NCBI GenBank assembly: GCA_963828735.1
Contig: CAWHFW010000006.1
Location: 32,001 to 96,000 of the forward strand
Length of the DNA: 64,000 nt
Origin: an uncultured Gemmatimonadales bacterium
Lineage (GTDB): Bacteria > Gemmatimonadota > Gemmatimonadetes > Gemmatimonadales > GWC2-71-9
Direction: 5' to 3'
Below are positions 51,355-60,179 of the stretch, piece by piece (the stretch's first letter is position 1; every line of letters starts with the position of its first letter). Under the pieces are notes generated by a model. The model searched no databases and was not told where the DNA came from. It was given only the letters and a program-made list of their open reading frames with translations. The position numbers were made by a program, and so were the translations under genes.

Positions 51355-51421
51355 GACCGGGCGGGCGGCGTTCGGATGTCTCCGACAGATCCATCGCGGG
51401 GGCCCGGATGAGGGACGACAG

Positions 51422-52738
51422 ATGACCGCCGCCCCAGACTACTCCAGCCTCGATCCCTGCGTCCACTGCGGCTTCTGCCTCCCCGCCTGCCCCACCTACC
51501 TCGCCACAGGCGATGAGTCCGACAGCCCTCGCGGGCGCATCGTCCTCATGCGGGCGCTGGAACGGGGCGAGATCGCCGCGGGCGACGAGGGCTTGATCGA
51601 GCACCTCGACGCCTGCCTGGGCTGCCTCGGGTGCGAGCCCGTCTGCCCCTCGGGCGTGGGGTACGGACAGGGGATTCAGGCCGCCCGTGAGCAGCTCTTT
51701 GCGAGCCGCGGGCTCACGCGCCTCGCCGCCGTGGTGCTGGGCATCTTCCGGCAGGAGCGGCTGTGGCGCCCGCTATTCACGCTGAGTCGCGCCCTCCGGC
51801 GTACCGGGCTCCCCAGGCGGCTCGCAGGCGCCGGGAGGATCGGATTCGGCATGGGCATGCTCGCCGCGACCGAAGGGAGCGACCGCCCCAAGGCTCGCCC
51901 CCGGCGGGCATCGACGGCTTCACCGTCCGCGACCACAGTCGCGCTGTTCCGCGGCTGCGTCATGGATACGCTGTTCCGTCACGTCCATGATGCGACCCGC
52001 CGGACACTCGAGGCGAACGGGTATCGGGTCGTGGTGCCTGAGGGACAGGCCTGTTGCGGCGCCCTCCACGAGCATGCCGGGCACCGCGCGGCCGCCGAGG
52101 AGCTGGCGCGACTCAACGTGGCGGCCCTGGCGGACGCGGCGGACTACGTCGTGGTGAACAGCGCCGGCTGCGGCGCGCTGCTCAAGGGCTACGGGCACCT
52201 GCTCGATTCGGACGCGGCGCGCTCGCTCGCGGCCAAGGTTCGCGACGTGTCCGAGCTCCTCGCCGAGCGCGGGCCGAGACGTGGCGGCGATCTCCCGCTG
52301 GACGTGGCGTACGATGCGCCGTGTCACCTGCAGCATGCGCAACGGGTGCACGCCGCGCCGCTCGCCGTGCTCCATGCGATTCCCGCCCTTCGTCTCAGGC
52401 TGCTGCCCACCTCGGACAAGTGTTGCGGCAGCGCGGGTATTTACTCGATGCTGCGGCCCGACATGGCCCGCGCCGTCCTCGACCTCAAGATCGAGAGCTT
52501 CGCCTCGGCGTCGCCGATGCCCGAGGTCGTCGCCACGGGGAATCCAGGATGTCTCATGCAGATCGGTGCGGGGGTGCGGGCCGCAGGACTGCCCATCAGG
52601 GTCGCGCACCCGGTGGAGCTCCTGGACGAGAGCTACCGCGTCGGAGGGATCTACCAGCCGCCCATCAATGCGGGGAGTGCGCCGAGCGCGCGAGCAGACG
52701 CGCCCGCAGCTCCGGCAGGCGCAGCCACCGGCCCTTGA
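51422..52738 (+). CDS. glcF: Glycolate oxidase Fe-S subunit GlcF-like
   Basis: CVHCGFCLPACPTY, CLGCLGCEPVCPSGV, CCG motifs, NPGC. Confidence 0.9.
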   Translation: MTAAPDYSSLDPCVHCGFCLPACPTYLATGDESDSPRGRIVLMRALERGEIAAGDEGLIEHLDACLGCLGCEPVCPSGVGYGQGIQAAREQLFASRGLTRLAAVVLGIFRQERLWRPLFTLSRALRRTGLPRRLAGAGRIGFGMGMLAATEGSDRPKARPRRASTASPSATTVALFRGCVMDTLFRHVHDATRRTLEANGYRVVVPEGQACCGALHEHAGHRAAAEELARLNVAALADAADYVVVNSAGCGALLKGYGHLLDSDAARSLAAKVRDVSELLAERGPRRGGDLPLDVAYDAPCHLQHAQRVHAAPLAVLHAIPALRLRLLPTSDKCCGSAGIYSMLRPDMARAVLDLKIESFASASPMPEVVATGNPGCLMQIGAGVRAAGLPIRVAHPVELLDESYRVGGIYQPPINAGSAPSARADAPAAPAGAATGP

Positions 52739-54614
52739 GCTTGGCGGCGGCGCCGGCCACCGGCACCGACGGCTGACCGCCCCAATCCGGCGACGACTCG
52801 AACGAGTTGGGCCGATTGCTCACGTCGATCGGATTGCTCCCGTCGCTGTTCATCACGTAGATCTCGTTGTCGGAATCGTCGGTCCGCACGAACACCATCC
52901 GGCGGCCGTCGGGCGACCAGTCCGGTCCGAAATCGAAGCCCGGATGGTCCGTCAGGTTCATCCGCCCGCTCCCGTCGGGGTTCATCACCGCCACCTCACT
53001 CTCGAGGGGCTCATCCTCGGGGCCCGTGTTGAACGCGATCCGGCTTCCGTCCGGCGCCCATACCGGGCCGTCCTCCTGCGCGGTGCCCGGCGTCAGGTCG
53101 AGCAAGTTCGAGCCGTCCGCATTGATCACCCTGATCTGGTTCGGATTCACGGACGTGAACGCGATCCGGCTTCCGTCGGGAGACCAGGCGGGCTGGATGG
53201 CGGTCAGCGAGTCCGCGGTCAGGCGGCGATCGCCGCTCCCGTCCGCGCCGACGATGCGGATGTGCACGTTGTCCACGTCGTGCACGTAGGCGATCTGGGT
53301 CCCGTCCGGCGACCAGCTCGGGCTCTCTCCATCGGTGGCCAGCCGCCTCTTGCCGCTTCCGTCCGCCTGCATGACCCACAGATCGGAGAACAGCTGACCC
53401 CTCTGGATCCGCCCCCGGGAGAACGCGATGCGGCTCCCGTCCGGCGACCAGCGGTAGTCCACCACCTGCGCGTCATCCGACAGCTGCGTGCGGTCGCTGC
53501 CATCGCCGTTCATCACGTAGAGCGCTTCCGACGCGAATGAGGGAGCCACCCGGACGAACAGTATCCGTCGCCCGTCGGGCGACCAGATCGGGTCGCGCTC
53601 GAACACGCCGTCCGGCGTGAGATCGGTGAGCCCCGTTCCATCGGGGCTCACCACGAACACGGCCAGGAGACCGATGGCGTTGCCGCTGAAGGCGATCACC
53701 TGCGAATCGCCGACGCAGTTGACCGTGAACTCCGCGGTGACCTCGCCGCCGAGCGGGACCTGGATGTCCAGCGGGTTCGGGGACTGGACCGTGCAATTCG
53801 CCGCCACCCCGCCCAGCGTGACCCGGTGCGGCCCGAACGGCACCTGGTCGAGATCCGCCATGCCGTTCGCGACCCGCGTCGCCGGGGACGCGCCGTCCAG
53901 CGAGACCGTGTACCCCTCCGGACCCGTGGGCGTGCCCAACGTGGTGACGCGCACATGGATCGAGCCCGTCGGCGAGACGCAGGTGATCACGAAGCTCACC
54001 GTGCTGTCCGCGCCTGCGGTGACGACCACGGGGCGAGGATTGTCGCCGCCGACCGAGCAGTTGGGCGCGACGCCACTCAGTGTGATCTGGTGCGGCCCGG
54101 GCGGGACGCCCGGCAGCGTGCGGCTGTCGTTGACCCCGACAGCACCCATGCCGGTGTCATCGAGCTCTACCTGGTAGCCGTCGGAATCGGGGCTGTCACC
54201 CGAAGTCGCGGTCGTTACCACCACCTGCCCTTGCGTCGGGCCGCAGATCACGGCGAACGCGACGATCGCCGTGGTGCCCTCGGCGATCGTCGCGGAGGTC
54301 GTCGGGCCGCCGGTCGTGGTACAGTTGCCGGCCAGGCCGGCCAGCGTGATCGTGTGCTGGCCCGGGGCGAGTGGATCGATGATGAGGGTGTCGGTGATGC
54401 CGATGGACTCGCCGGGCGCCATGTCCACGACGACGCTGTAGCCGTCGGGATCCAGCTCGGTGCCGGTGGTGGTGGTGCGGACCTCGAGCGCGGGCATCAC
54501 GAGGCCGGCGCCGTCGCCGGCGCCGCAGGCGGCGGTCGCGAGGGCGAGGACAAACGGCGCGTGACCCCACGTGGACCGGGGGCGCGAGGCGGACACCGCT
54601 GTACTCCAAGACAT
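52665..54614 (-). CDS. Lipoprotein with three Ig-like repeats and a TolB/PD40 beta-propeller
   Basis: Lipobox TAAC; three repeats T.G...D.DGY.V..D..G.H.ITL.G.A.NC; about 6 WSPDG repeats. Confidence 0.85.
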   Translation of the reverse strand: MSWSTAVSASRPRSTWGHAPFVLALATAACGAGDGAGLVMPALEVRTTTTGTELDPDGYSVVVDMAPGESIGITDTLIIDPLAPGQHTITLAGLAGNCTTTGGPTTSATIAEGTTAIVAFAVICGPTQGQVVVTTATSGDSPDSDGYQVELDDTGMGAVGVNDSRTLPGVPPGPHQITLSGVAPNCSVGGDNPRPVVVTAGADSTVSFVITCVSPTGSIHVRVTTLGTPTGPEGYTVSLDGASPATRVANGMADLDQVPFGPHRVTLGGVAANCTVQSPNPLDIQVPLGGEVTAEFTVNCVGDSQVIAFSGNAIGLLAVFVVSPDGTGLTDLTPDGVFERDPIWSPDGRRILFVRVAPSFASEALYVMNGDGSDRTQLSDDAQVVDYRWSPDGSRIAFSRGRIQRGQLFSDLWVMQADGSGKRRLATDGESPSWSPDGTQIAYVHDVDNVHIRIVGADGSGDRRLTADSLTAIQPAWSPDGSRIAFTSVNPNQIRVINADGSNLLDLTPGTAQEDGPVWAPDGSRIAFNTGPEDEPLESEVAVMNPDGSGRMNLTDHPGFDFGPDWSPDGRRMVFVRTDDSDNEIYVMNSDGSNPIDVSNRPNSFESSPDWGGQPSVPVAGAAAKLKGRWLRLPELRARLLARSAHSPH

Positions 54615-54797
54615 TACAGCCTCCGGCCCCGGCGCTTCGCGGGCCGACGGCTACCGCGCGGGCGCGGGGCCGGACGACCGTTGGGAGACTTGCATTGACG
54701 ACCCTCCGCGGACCAACCGGGGAGGACCGGTGGGAGCACGGCGGACTGCTGTCGTGTGCCCCCTAGAAAGGTGGCTTGCCGCTGGGAGAAACGCCAC

Positions 54798-55766
54798 TCA
54801 CTTCCGAGGCCGAATCAGCCACGAAAAATCGGGCATCTCGACGATGAGCCCGTGGTCGCGTGTGTTGCGCGAGATACCCGCAACCAGCTGGTCGTTGTAC
54901 CGATCCAGCCAGAAGTCGAACGGGTCCTCCGGCTTGGCGTCCTCGATCAAGAGATCGGTGTCGTCCATCGTCAGCTTGCCGAACCGGAGCACACCGCCGC
55001 GGAAGAACATGTAGTTCCGCGCCTTCGGCAGGGGCGGGGTGAGCGGCTCCACCGCGTGGCTGCCCTCCGGCCGGAAGACCTGCACGATCTCGCTGTCGTT
55101 GACCTCCACCCGGCCCACCCGGCCCTCGACGGCGGGCGGCGGGAGGAGCCCGGTCGGCGAGAGCAGGAAGTCGTCACCCACGATCCGGACCCCGCGTGCC
55201 TGGCGGGTGTCCACGAGCTTCTGCAGGTTGAGCCCGAAGAGCTTCATCAGGCCACCAACGTGGATCCCGACCGCCTTGACCGTGGTGGGATGGAGTCGCA
55301 GGTCTCCCTCGGGCGTGAGGGAGAGGTCGCCGACGAGGTCGAACGAGATGCCGCGCATGGTCCCGTGCTGGCGAATCTGGCCGTGATCGATCGTCACGAC
55401 CAGCTTCCGGAGCGGCGAGCCCGGATAGGCGAAGGTGTAGCGGTTGAGGAGCTCGCCGAGCGCGGCGGGGGTGATCGCGATCCGCGCGCTGTCGAGCTTC
55501 AGCACGAAGGATCGCTTGTCGTCGAGATACGCCGGATGCTCGGCCGCGGCACGGAGGAGGCGGCCCCGCGCGAAGCGGATGTCGAGCACGATCGTGCTGT
55601 CCACGTGGAAGGCGACATTCCGCATCTGCACCTGCACGGCGTGGTCGCTGGCCTGCGCGTGGATCGCTGCCACAGGGGCGAGCGCCCGCAAGGCCATCAG
55701 TACTCCAGCGTACGTCCAGCGCACCGCCGCTCCTTCGACGTGATGCCGCAATCTAACGCCGGACAT
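54798..55766 (-). CDS. Secreted conserved hypothetical protein
   Basis: Signal-like N-terminus then a well-formed beta-rich sequence (VQMRNVAFHV, YMFFRGGVLRFGKLTM); start uncertain. Confidence 0.7.
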   Translation of the reverse strand: MSGVRLRHHVEGAAVRWTYAGVLMALRALAPVAAIHAQASDHAVQVQMRNVAFHVDSTIVLDIRFARGRLLRAAAEHPAYLDDKRSFVLKLDSARIAITPAALGELLNRYTFAYPGSPLRKLVVTIDHGQIRQHGTMRGISFDLVGDLSLTPEGDLRLHPTTVKAVGIHVGGLMKLFGLNLQKLVDTRQARGVRIVGDDFLLSPTGLLPPPAVEGRVGRVEVNDSEIVQVFRPEGSHAVEPLTPPLPKARNYMFFRGGVLRFGKLTMDDTDLLIEDAKPEDPFDFWLDRYNDQLVAGISRNTRDHGLIVEMPDFSWLIRPRK

Positions 55767-55803
55767 CTTACCCTCCCTCGCCTTCCCCGTTATTCCTTCC
55801 GAT

Positions 55804-56466
55804 ATGACGGCCGCCATCCTGTTCGACTTCAACGGCGTCATCGTCGACGACGAGCCGCAGCATTGTGACGCTCTGATCGCGACGCTGGCGGACTACGGTT
55901 TCACCCTCGAGCGGGACGCGTACTATCGCGACTACCTCGGCTTCGACGATCGCGAGTGCTTCCGCTTCACCTTCGGCCACATGGGACGGCCCGCGGACGA
56001 GCCCGCCCTGGCGGAGGCGATCGAGCGCAAGAACGCCCACTACGAGCGCGCCATCCGCGCGGGCATGCGGCTCGTGCCCGGCGCCGCGGATTTCATCGAG
56101 ACCGCGGCGCTCGACGGCTTTCAGCTGGCCATCGTGAGCGGCGCGCTCCGCCGCGAGATCGACCTCGTGCTCGGCCTCGCGGGCCTCCGCCCGCACTTCG
56201 CCGAGATCGTCGCGGCGGAGGACGTCAGCGCCTGCAAGCCGGACCCCCAGGGATACAACCGGGCGCGCGCCGCGCTCGCGCTCGCCTCCAACCGCTGCGT
56301 CGTGGTCGAGGATTCGCTCCCCGGACTCGCCGCCGCCCGCGCCGCTGGCCTCCGCTGTGCCATGCTCTCCACTTCGCACGGTGAGACGGACTGCGACGGC
56401 GCCGATCTCATCTGGCAGGATTTCACCGGCCATGCTCCGGCAGAATTGCCCTGGGCCCATGCCTGA
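55804..56466 (+). CDS. HAD family phosphatase (beta-PGM/CbbY-like)
   Basis: LFDFNGVIVD, IVSG, KPDP, VEDS. Confidence 0.9.
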   Translation: MTAAILFDFNGVIVDDEPQHCDALIATLADYGFTLERDAYYRDYLGFDDRECFRFTFGHMGRPADEPALAEAIERKNAHYERAIRAGMRLVPGAADFIETAALDGFQLAIVSGALRREIDLVLGLAGLRPHFAEIVAAEDVSACKPDPQGYNRARAALALASNRCVVVEDSLPGLAAARAAGLRCAMLSTSHGETDCDGADLIWQDFTGHAPAELPWAHA

Positions 56467-57445
56467 CCTCGACCTGCGGCTGGACCGCGCCCGCCTCGAC
56501 CGCGTACGCCACGGGGCGACCCTGGTGACCGATCGCCCGGCCGTCGTCCGCATCACGGGGCCGGGCGCCTTGGCGTGCCTGCAGGGCCTGCTGACGAACG
56601 ACCTCGATCGCCCGGGCGACCGGACCCTGGTCTATGGCGCCCTGCTCACGCCCAAGGGGATGATCGTGGTGGATGCGTGGGTGCTGCGCCAAGGCGACAG
56701 CTTCACCCTGATCATGCCGCGCTCGGGCCACGCGGCGGCGATCGAGCTCTTCACCCGACAGCTTCCGCCGCGCCTCGCGCGCACGACGGATCTGACGGGA
56801 GAGGCCGCGGTGGCCTGGCTGCTCGGCGCACACGGCTTCCAGGTGCTCGCGAAGTCGGGCGTCGGCATGCCCGAATCGGCGGGACGGGTAGCGTCGGTCG
56901 GCGGCGAGCTGAGCCCGGTGTCGGTGGCGCTGGCGCCGGAGTCGGCACCGTTCGTCGCCCTCGCGGTGGGCCTCTCGCCGGCGCTCGAGCCCGTCGTCGC
57001 GCGGCTCACGGCGGCCGGCGCGCTCACTGGTGGCGACTGCGACCTGCACGCCGCCCGACTCCTCTCGGGCTGGCCGGCCCTCGGCGTCGAGATCGACGAG
57101 CGGACCCTTCCACAGGAAGTGCGGTATGACGAGATCGGCGGCGTCTCGTATACGAAGGGGTGCTATACCGGGCAGGAAACGGTCGCGCGCCTCCACTTCC
57201 GGGGACACACCAACCGGGAGCTTCGGGGCCTGCACTGGACCGACACCGAGCCGCTGGACGGCCGGGCCATCGTCTACGGGGAGAAGGAGGTAGGCAGCGT
57301 CCGCTCGACGCTCACGCTCGAGGACCGCGTCCTCGGGCTCGGCGTGGTGCGGCGGGAGGTCGAGCCGGGCGAGACGGTGACCGCCGGCGGCCGGCGCGCC
57401 ACCGTCGTGACGCTGCCCTTCGGCGCGGACGAGGTGGACGGGTGA
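56459..57445 (+). CDS. ygfZ: YgfZ/GcvT folate-binding protein
   Basis: LQGLLTND, LTPKG, SYTKGCYTGQETVAR. Confidence 0.9.
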   Translation: MPDLDLRLDRARLDRVRHGATLVTDRPAVVRITGPGALACLQGLLTNDLDRPGDRTLVYGALLTPKGMIVVDAWVLRQGDSFTLIMPRSGHAAAIELFTRQLPPRLARTTDLTGEAAVAWLLGAHGFQVLAKSGVGMPESAGRVASVGGELSPVSVALAPESAPFVALAVGLSPALEPVVARLTAAGALTGGDCDLHAARLLSGWPALGVEIDERTLPQEVRYDEIGGVSYTKGCYTGQETVARLHFRGHTNRELRGLHWTDTEPLDGRAIVYGEKEVGSVRSTLTLEDRVLGLGVVRREVEPGETVTAGGRRATVVTLPFGADEVDG

Positions 57446-57457
57446 CCAAACGACAGC

Positions 57458-57482
57458 GGGCCCCGGGACATGCCCGGGGCCC
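57458..57482. terminator. GC hairpin between convergent genes
   Basis: GGGCCCCGGG-ACATG-CCCGGGGCCC; no clear U-tract. Confidence 0.5.
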
Positions 57483-57505
57483 GGCGCGACAGTGGGACCA
57501 GACGC

Positions 57506-57703
57506 TTACTTCTTCGCGGTATCCCGGGCCATCGTGGAGTCGGACGACATCGGCATGCTCGTGCTGTCGTGCGACATCCCGGCCATGCCGGTGTCGCTCG
57601 TGGCGGGAGCCATTGCGGCGGTATCGGCGGCAGGCGCGGCTTCCTTCTTCGGCCCGCAGCCAACCAGCACCAGCATGGCAGCCATCATCATGGTCTTCTT
57701 CAT
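57506..57703 (-). CDS. Small (65 aa) low-complexity lipoprotein
   Basis: GGAG RBS; MKKTMMMAAMLVLVGC lipobox; mature part Ala/Met/Asp/Ser/Thr-rich. Confidence 0.8.
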   Translation of the reverse strand: MKKTMMMAAMLVLVGCGPKKEAAPAADTAAMAPATSDTGMAGMSHDSTSMPMSSDSTMARDTAKK

Positions 57704-57727
57704 TGTTGCTCCAGATATGCTAGGGTT

Positions 57728-57744
57728 TGGCACTGCGCCTGCCA
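57728..57744. promoter_or_regulatory. Possible sigma54 promoter (GG-N10-GC readable on both strands)
   Basis: + strand TGGCAC-TGCGC-CTGC; - strand TGGCAG-GCGCA-GTGC, about 27 nt upstream of the small lipoprotein start. Confidence 0.45.
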
Positions 57745-57934
57745 CGAGCATCACTGTCGCCCACGGTACGGCGTCGAACGTAAGCCGGGGCCACATTTTG
57801 TCAAGCCATCGACGCCCGCTCATTCGCCGGATGGAACATGCAACCTCCTGCAGCAACACGGCTTGCAGGTTGATCTCTCGAGCCGGCCGAGACGTGCCGG
57901 ACTCACGGCCCAGACTTACGAGTGCTCATCTCTC

Positions 57935-59407
57935 ATGAACCATACGACCCTGCCACGCACTTTCGGCGAGCTCAAGAACAGCCCCTGGGCCGACGCGCCC
58001 TTCCGGGGCCGGACCGTCCGCGACGAGATCCGGACCAATCTGCTGGCCCGCCTGGCGGCCGGCGACCCGCTCTTTCCCGGCATCGTCGGCTACGAGGACA
58101 CCATCCTGCCGCAGATCGTGAACGCCCTGCTGGCGCGCCATCATTTCATTCTGCTCGGTCTTCGCGGCCAGGCCAAGAGCCGGATCCTTCGGGAGCTGAG
58201 CGGGCTGCTCGACGAGCGGATCCCGATCGTGGCCGGGAGCGAGGTCAGCGACGACCCGTTCGCGCCGATCTCCAAGTTCGCGCGCGAGCGCCTTGAGGAG
58301 TGCGGCGACGCGACGGCGATCGCGTGGCTCCGCCGGGACCAGCGCTACATCGAGAAGCTCGCGACGCCGGACGTCACCATCGCCGACATCATCGGTGACG
58401 TGGACCCGATCAAGGCGGCGCGCGGCGGCCATCTGTTGAGCGACGAGCTCACCATGCACTTCGGCCTCCTGCCCCGCGCCAACCGCGGCATCTTCACGAT
58501 CAACGAGCTGCCGGATCTGAGCGGGAAGGTGCAGGTCGGCCTGTTCAACATCATGCAGGAGGGCGACGTCCAGATCAAAGGCTATCCCGTACGCCTGCCG
58601 CTCGACGTGCTGCTCGCCTTCACGGCCAACCCCGAGGACTACACGGCCCGCGGGAAGATCATCACGCCGCTCAAGGACCGGATCGGGTCGGAAGTGATCA
58701 CCCATTACCCGCGCACGGTGCAGCTCGGCATGGAGATCACCGCCCAGGAGGCATGGGTCGAGCGAGGCGGGAAGACGCTCGATATCCCGGATTTCGTGCT
58801 CGAGGTGATCGAGCGGGTGGCGTTCGAGGCGCGCGAGGACAAGCGGGTGGACAAGCGCTCGGGGGTGAGCCAGCGGCTGCCGATCAGCGTGCTCGAGAAC
58901 GCGGTCTCCAACGCCGAGCGGCGGGCCACGCTGCTCGGCGAAGAGCGGATCGTGCCGAGGGTGAGCGACATCTACGCGGCCGTCCCCTCGATCACCGGCA
59001 AGCTCGAGCTGGAATACGAGGGCGAGCTGCAGGGCGGCGATACGATCGCGCGCGAGCTCATCCGGCGGGCGGCCGGCAAGGTGGTGGAGGACCGGATGGG
59101 CGGCGCCGACCTGGGAAAGATCGTCGCCTGGTTCGACCAGGGCGGCGCCCTCAAGGTGCCGGGCGACGAAAGGGCGGAGCTCTGCTTCAAGGGATTCAGC
59201 GTGGTGCCCGGGCTCATCGACACTATCGCCGAGTTCGGGCTCTCGCCCCGCGCGGACCATCCGCGTGCCGTGGCGGCCTGCGAGCTGGTCCTGGAAGGTC
59301 TGGCCGCCCAGAAGCGCATCAGCCGCAGCGAAGAGCTGGGATACACCCGCATGAAGCCCGAGCGACGGGAGCCGGGGTACGGGAAAGGCGGGATTTCGTT
59401 CGGGTAG
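57935..59407 (+). CDS. AAA+ ATPase (magnesium-chelatase/MoxR-related family)
   Basis: Walker A GLRGQAKS, EKLATPD, RANRGIFTINELPDL, TANPEDYTARGKIITPLKDR. Confidence 0.88.
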   Translation: MNHTTLPRTFGELKNSPWADAPFRGRTVRDEIRTNLLARLAAGDPLFPGIVGYEDTILPQIVNALLARHHFILLGLRGQAKSRILRELSGLLDERIPIVAGSEVSDDPFAPISKFARERLEECGDATAIAWLRRDQRYIEKLATPDVTIADIIGDVDPIKAARGGHLLSDELTMHFGLLPRANRGIFTINELPDLSGKVQVGLFNIMQEGDVQIKGYPVRLPLDVLLAFTANPEDYTARGKIITPLKDRIGSEVITHYPRTVQLGMEITAQEAWVERGGKTLDIPDFVLEVIERVAFEAREDKRVDKRSGVSQRLPISVLENAVSNAERRATLLGEERIVPRVSDIYAAVPSITGKLELEYEGELQGGDTIARELIRRAAGKVVEDRMGGADLGKIVAWFDQGGALKVPGDERAELCFKGFSVVPGLIDTIAEFGLSPRADHPRAVAACELVLEGLAAQKRISRSEELGYTRMKPERREPGYGKGGISFG

Positions 59408-59440
59408 GCCGGGCAGGCGGGGTGGTCGGGCAATCGCCCG

Positions 59441-60067
59441 TCACCACCCCATCGCGCGTGCCCGCGCCACGATGACGTCCGTCGCCCCGTCGAATCCGAG
59501 CACGCCGGTGTTGAGCACGATGTGAAAGTTCACCGGGTCGGCCCAGTCGCGGCGGTAGTACTCGCGGTTGTACCGGGCGCGCATCTTGTCGGTCTGGTCG
59601 AGCACGGTGGCGGCCTTTTCGGCGTTGCAACCCAGCCGGGCGGCGGCCACCTGGATACGGAAGACACGGGGCGCGACGAGCTTCACGTGGAGCGCGTCCA
59701 CTTCCCGCGAGAGGACCGCCGGCGCCGAGCGACCCACCAGTACGACCCGCCCCTGCGCCGCGATCTCGGCCACCACGGTCTCCGTGATCTTCACCAGGTC
59801 GGCCTCGGGCATCTCCACCACGGCGCCGGCCGTCTCGGCCGGTGAGAAAACCTCGGGTGAGGCGGCGGCCAGGGTGCGGGCCAGCCGTTCAACGAAGGTC
59901 GAGACGCGCTCCTCCCGCTCCGCCACGCGCTCGGGCGGCAGGCCCGCCCGGGCGGCTACCTGCTCCACGAGCTCGTTGTCCACCACGCGCCAGCCGAGCG
60001 CCGCCGCCACCCGCTTCGCGACCTCCGAGCCCCCGGCGCCGAACTGGCGCGAGATGGTGATGAGCAT
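59441..60067 (-). CDS. Cytidylate kinase-like family protein
   Basis: ITISRQFGAGG, VLVGR, D..RARY..YY...W.DP..FH. Confidence 0.88.
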   Translation of the reverse strand: MLITISRQFGAGGSEVAKRVAAALGWRVVDNELVEQVAARAGLPPERVAEREERVSTFVERLARTLAAASPEVFSPAETAGAVVEMPEADLVKITETVVAEIAAQGRVVLVGRSAPAVLSREVDALHVKLVAPRVFRIQVAAARLGCNAEKAATVLDQTDKMRARYNREYYRRDWADPVNFHIVLNTGVLGFDGATDVIVARARAMGW

Positions 60068-60102
60068 CGGGCTAAGATGGGGGGCGATCGGGAAGTGGGA
60101 AA

Positions 60103-60160
60103 GGTCGGGGAGCGGGTGGTCGGGGAGCGGGTGGTCGGGCGAGCGGGCGAGCGGGCGAGC
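60103..60160. repeat. G-rich tandem repeats (15-mer x2 then 8-mer x3)
   Basis: GGTCGGGGAGCGGGT x2, then GGGCGAGC x3. Confidence 0.75.
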
Positions 60161-60179
60161 GACGATGCGTCAGGCCCAG

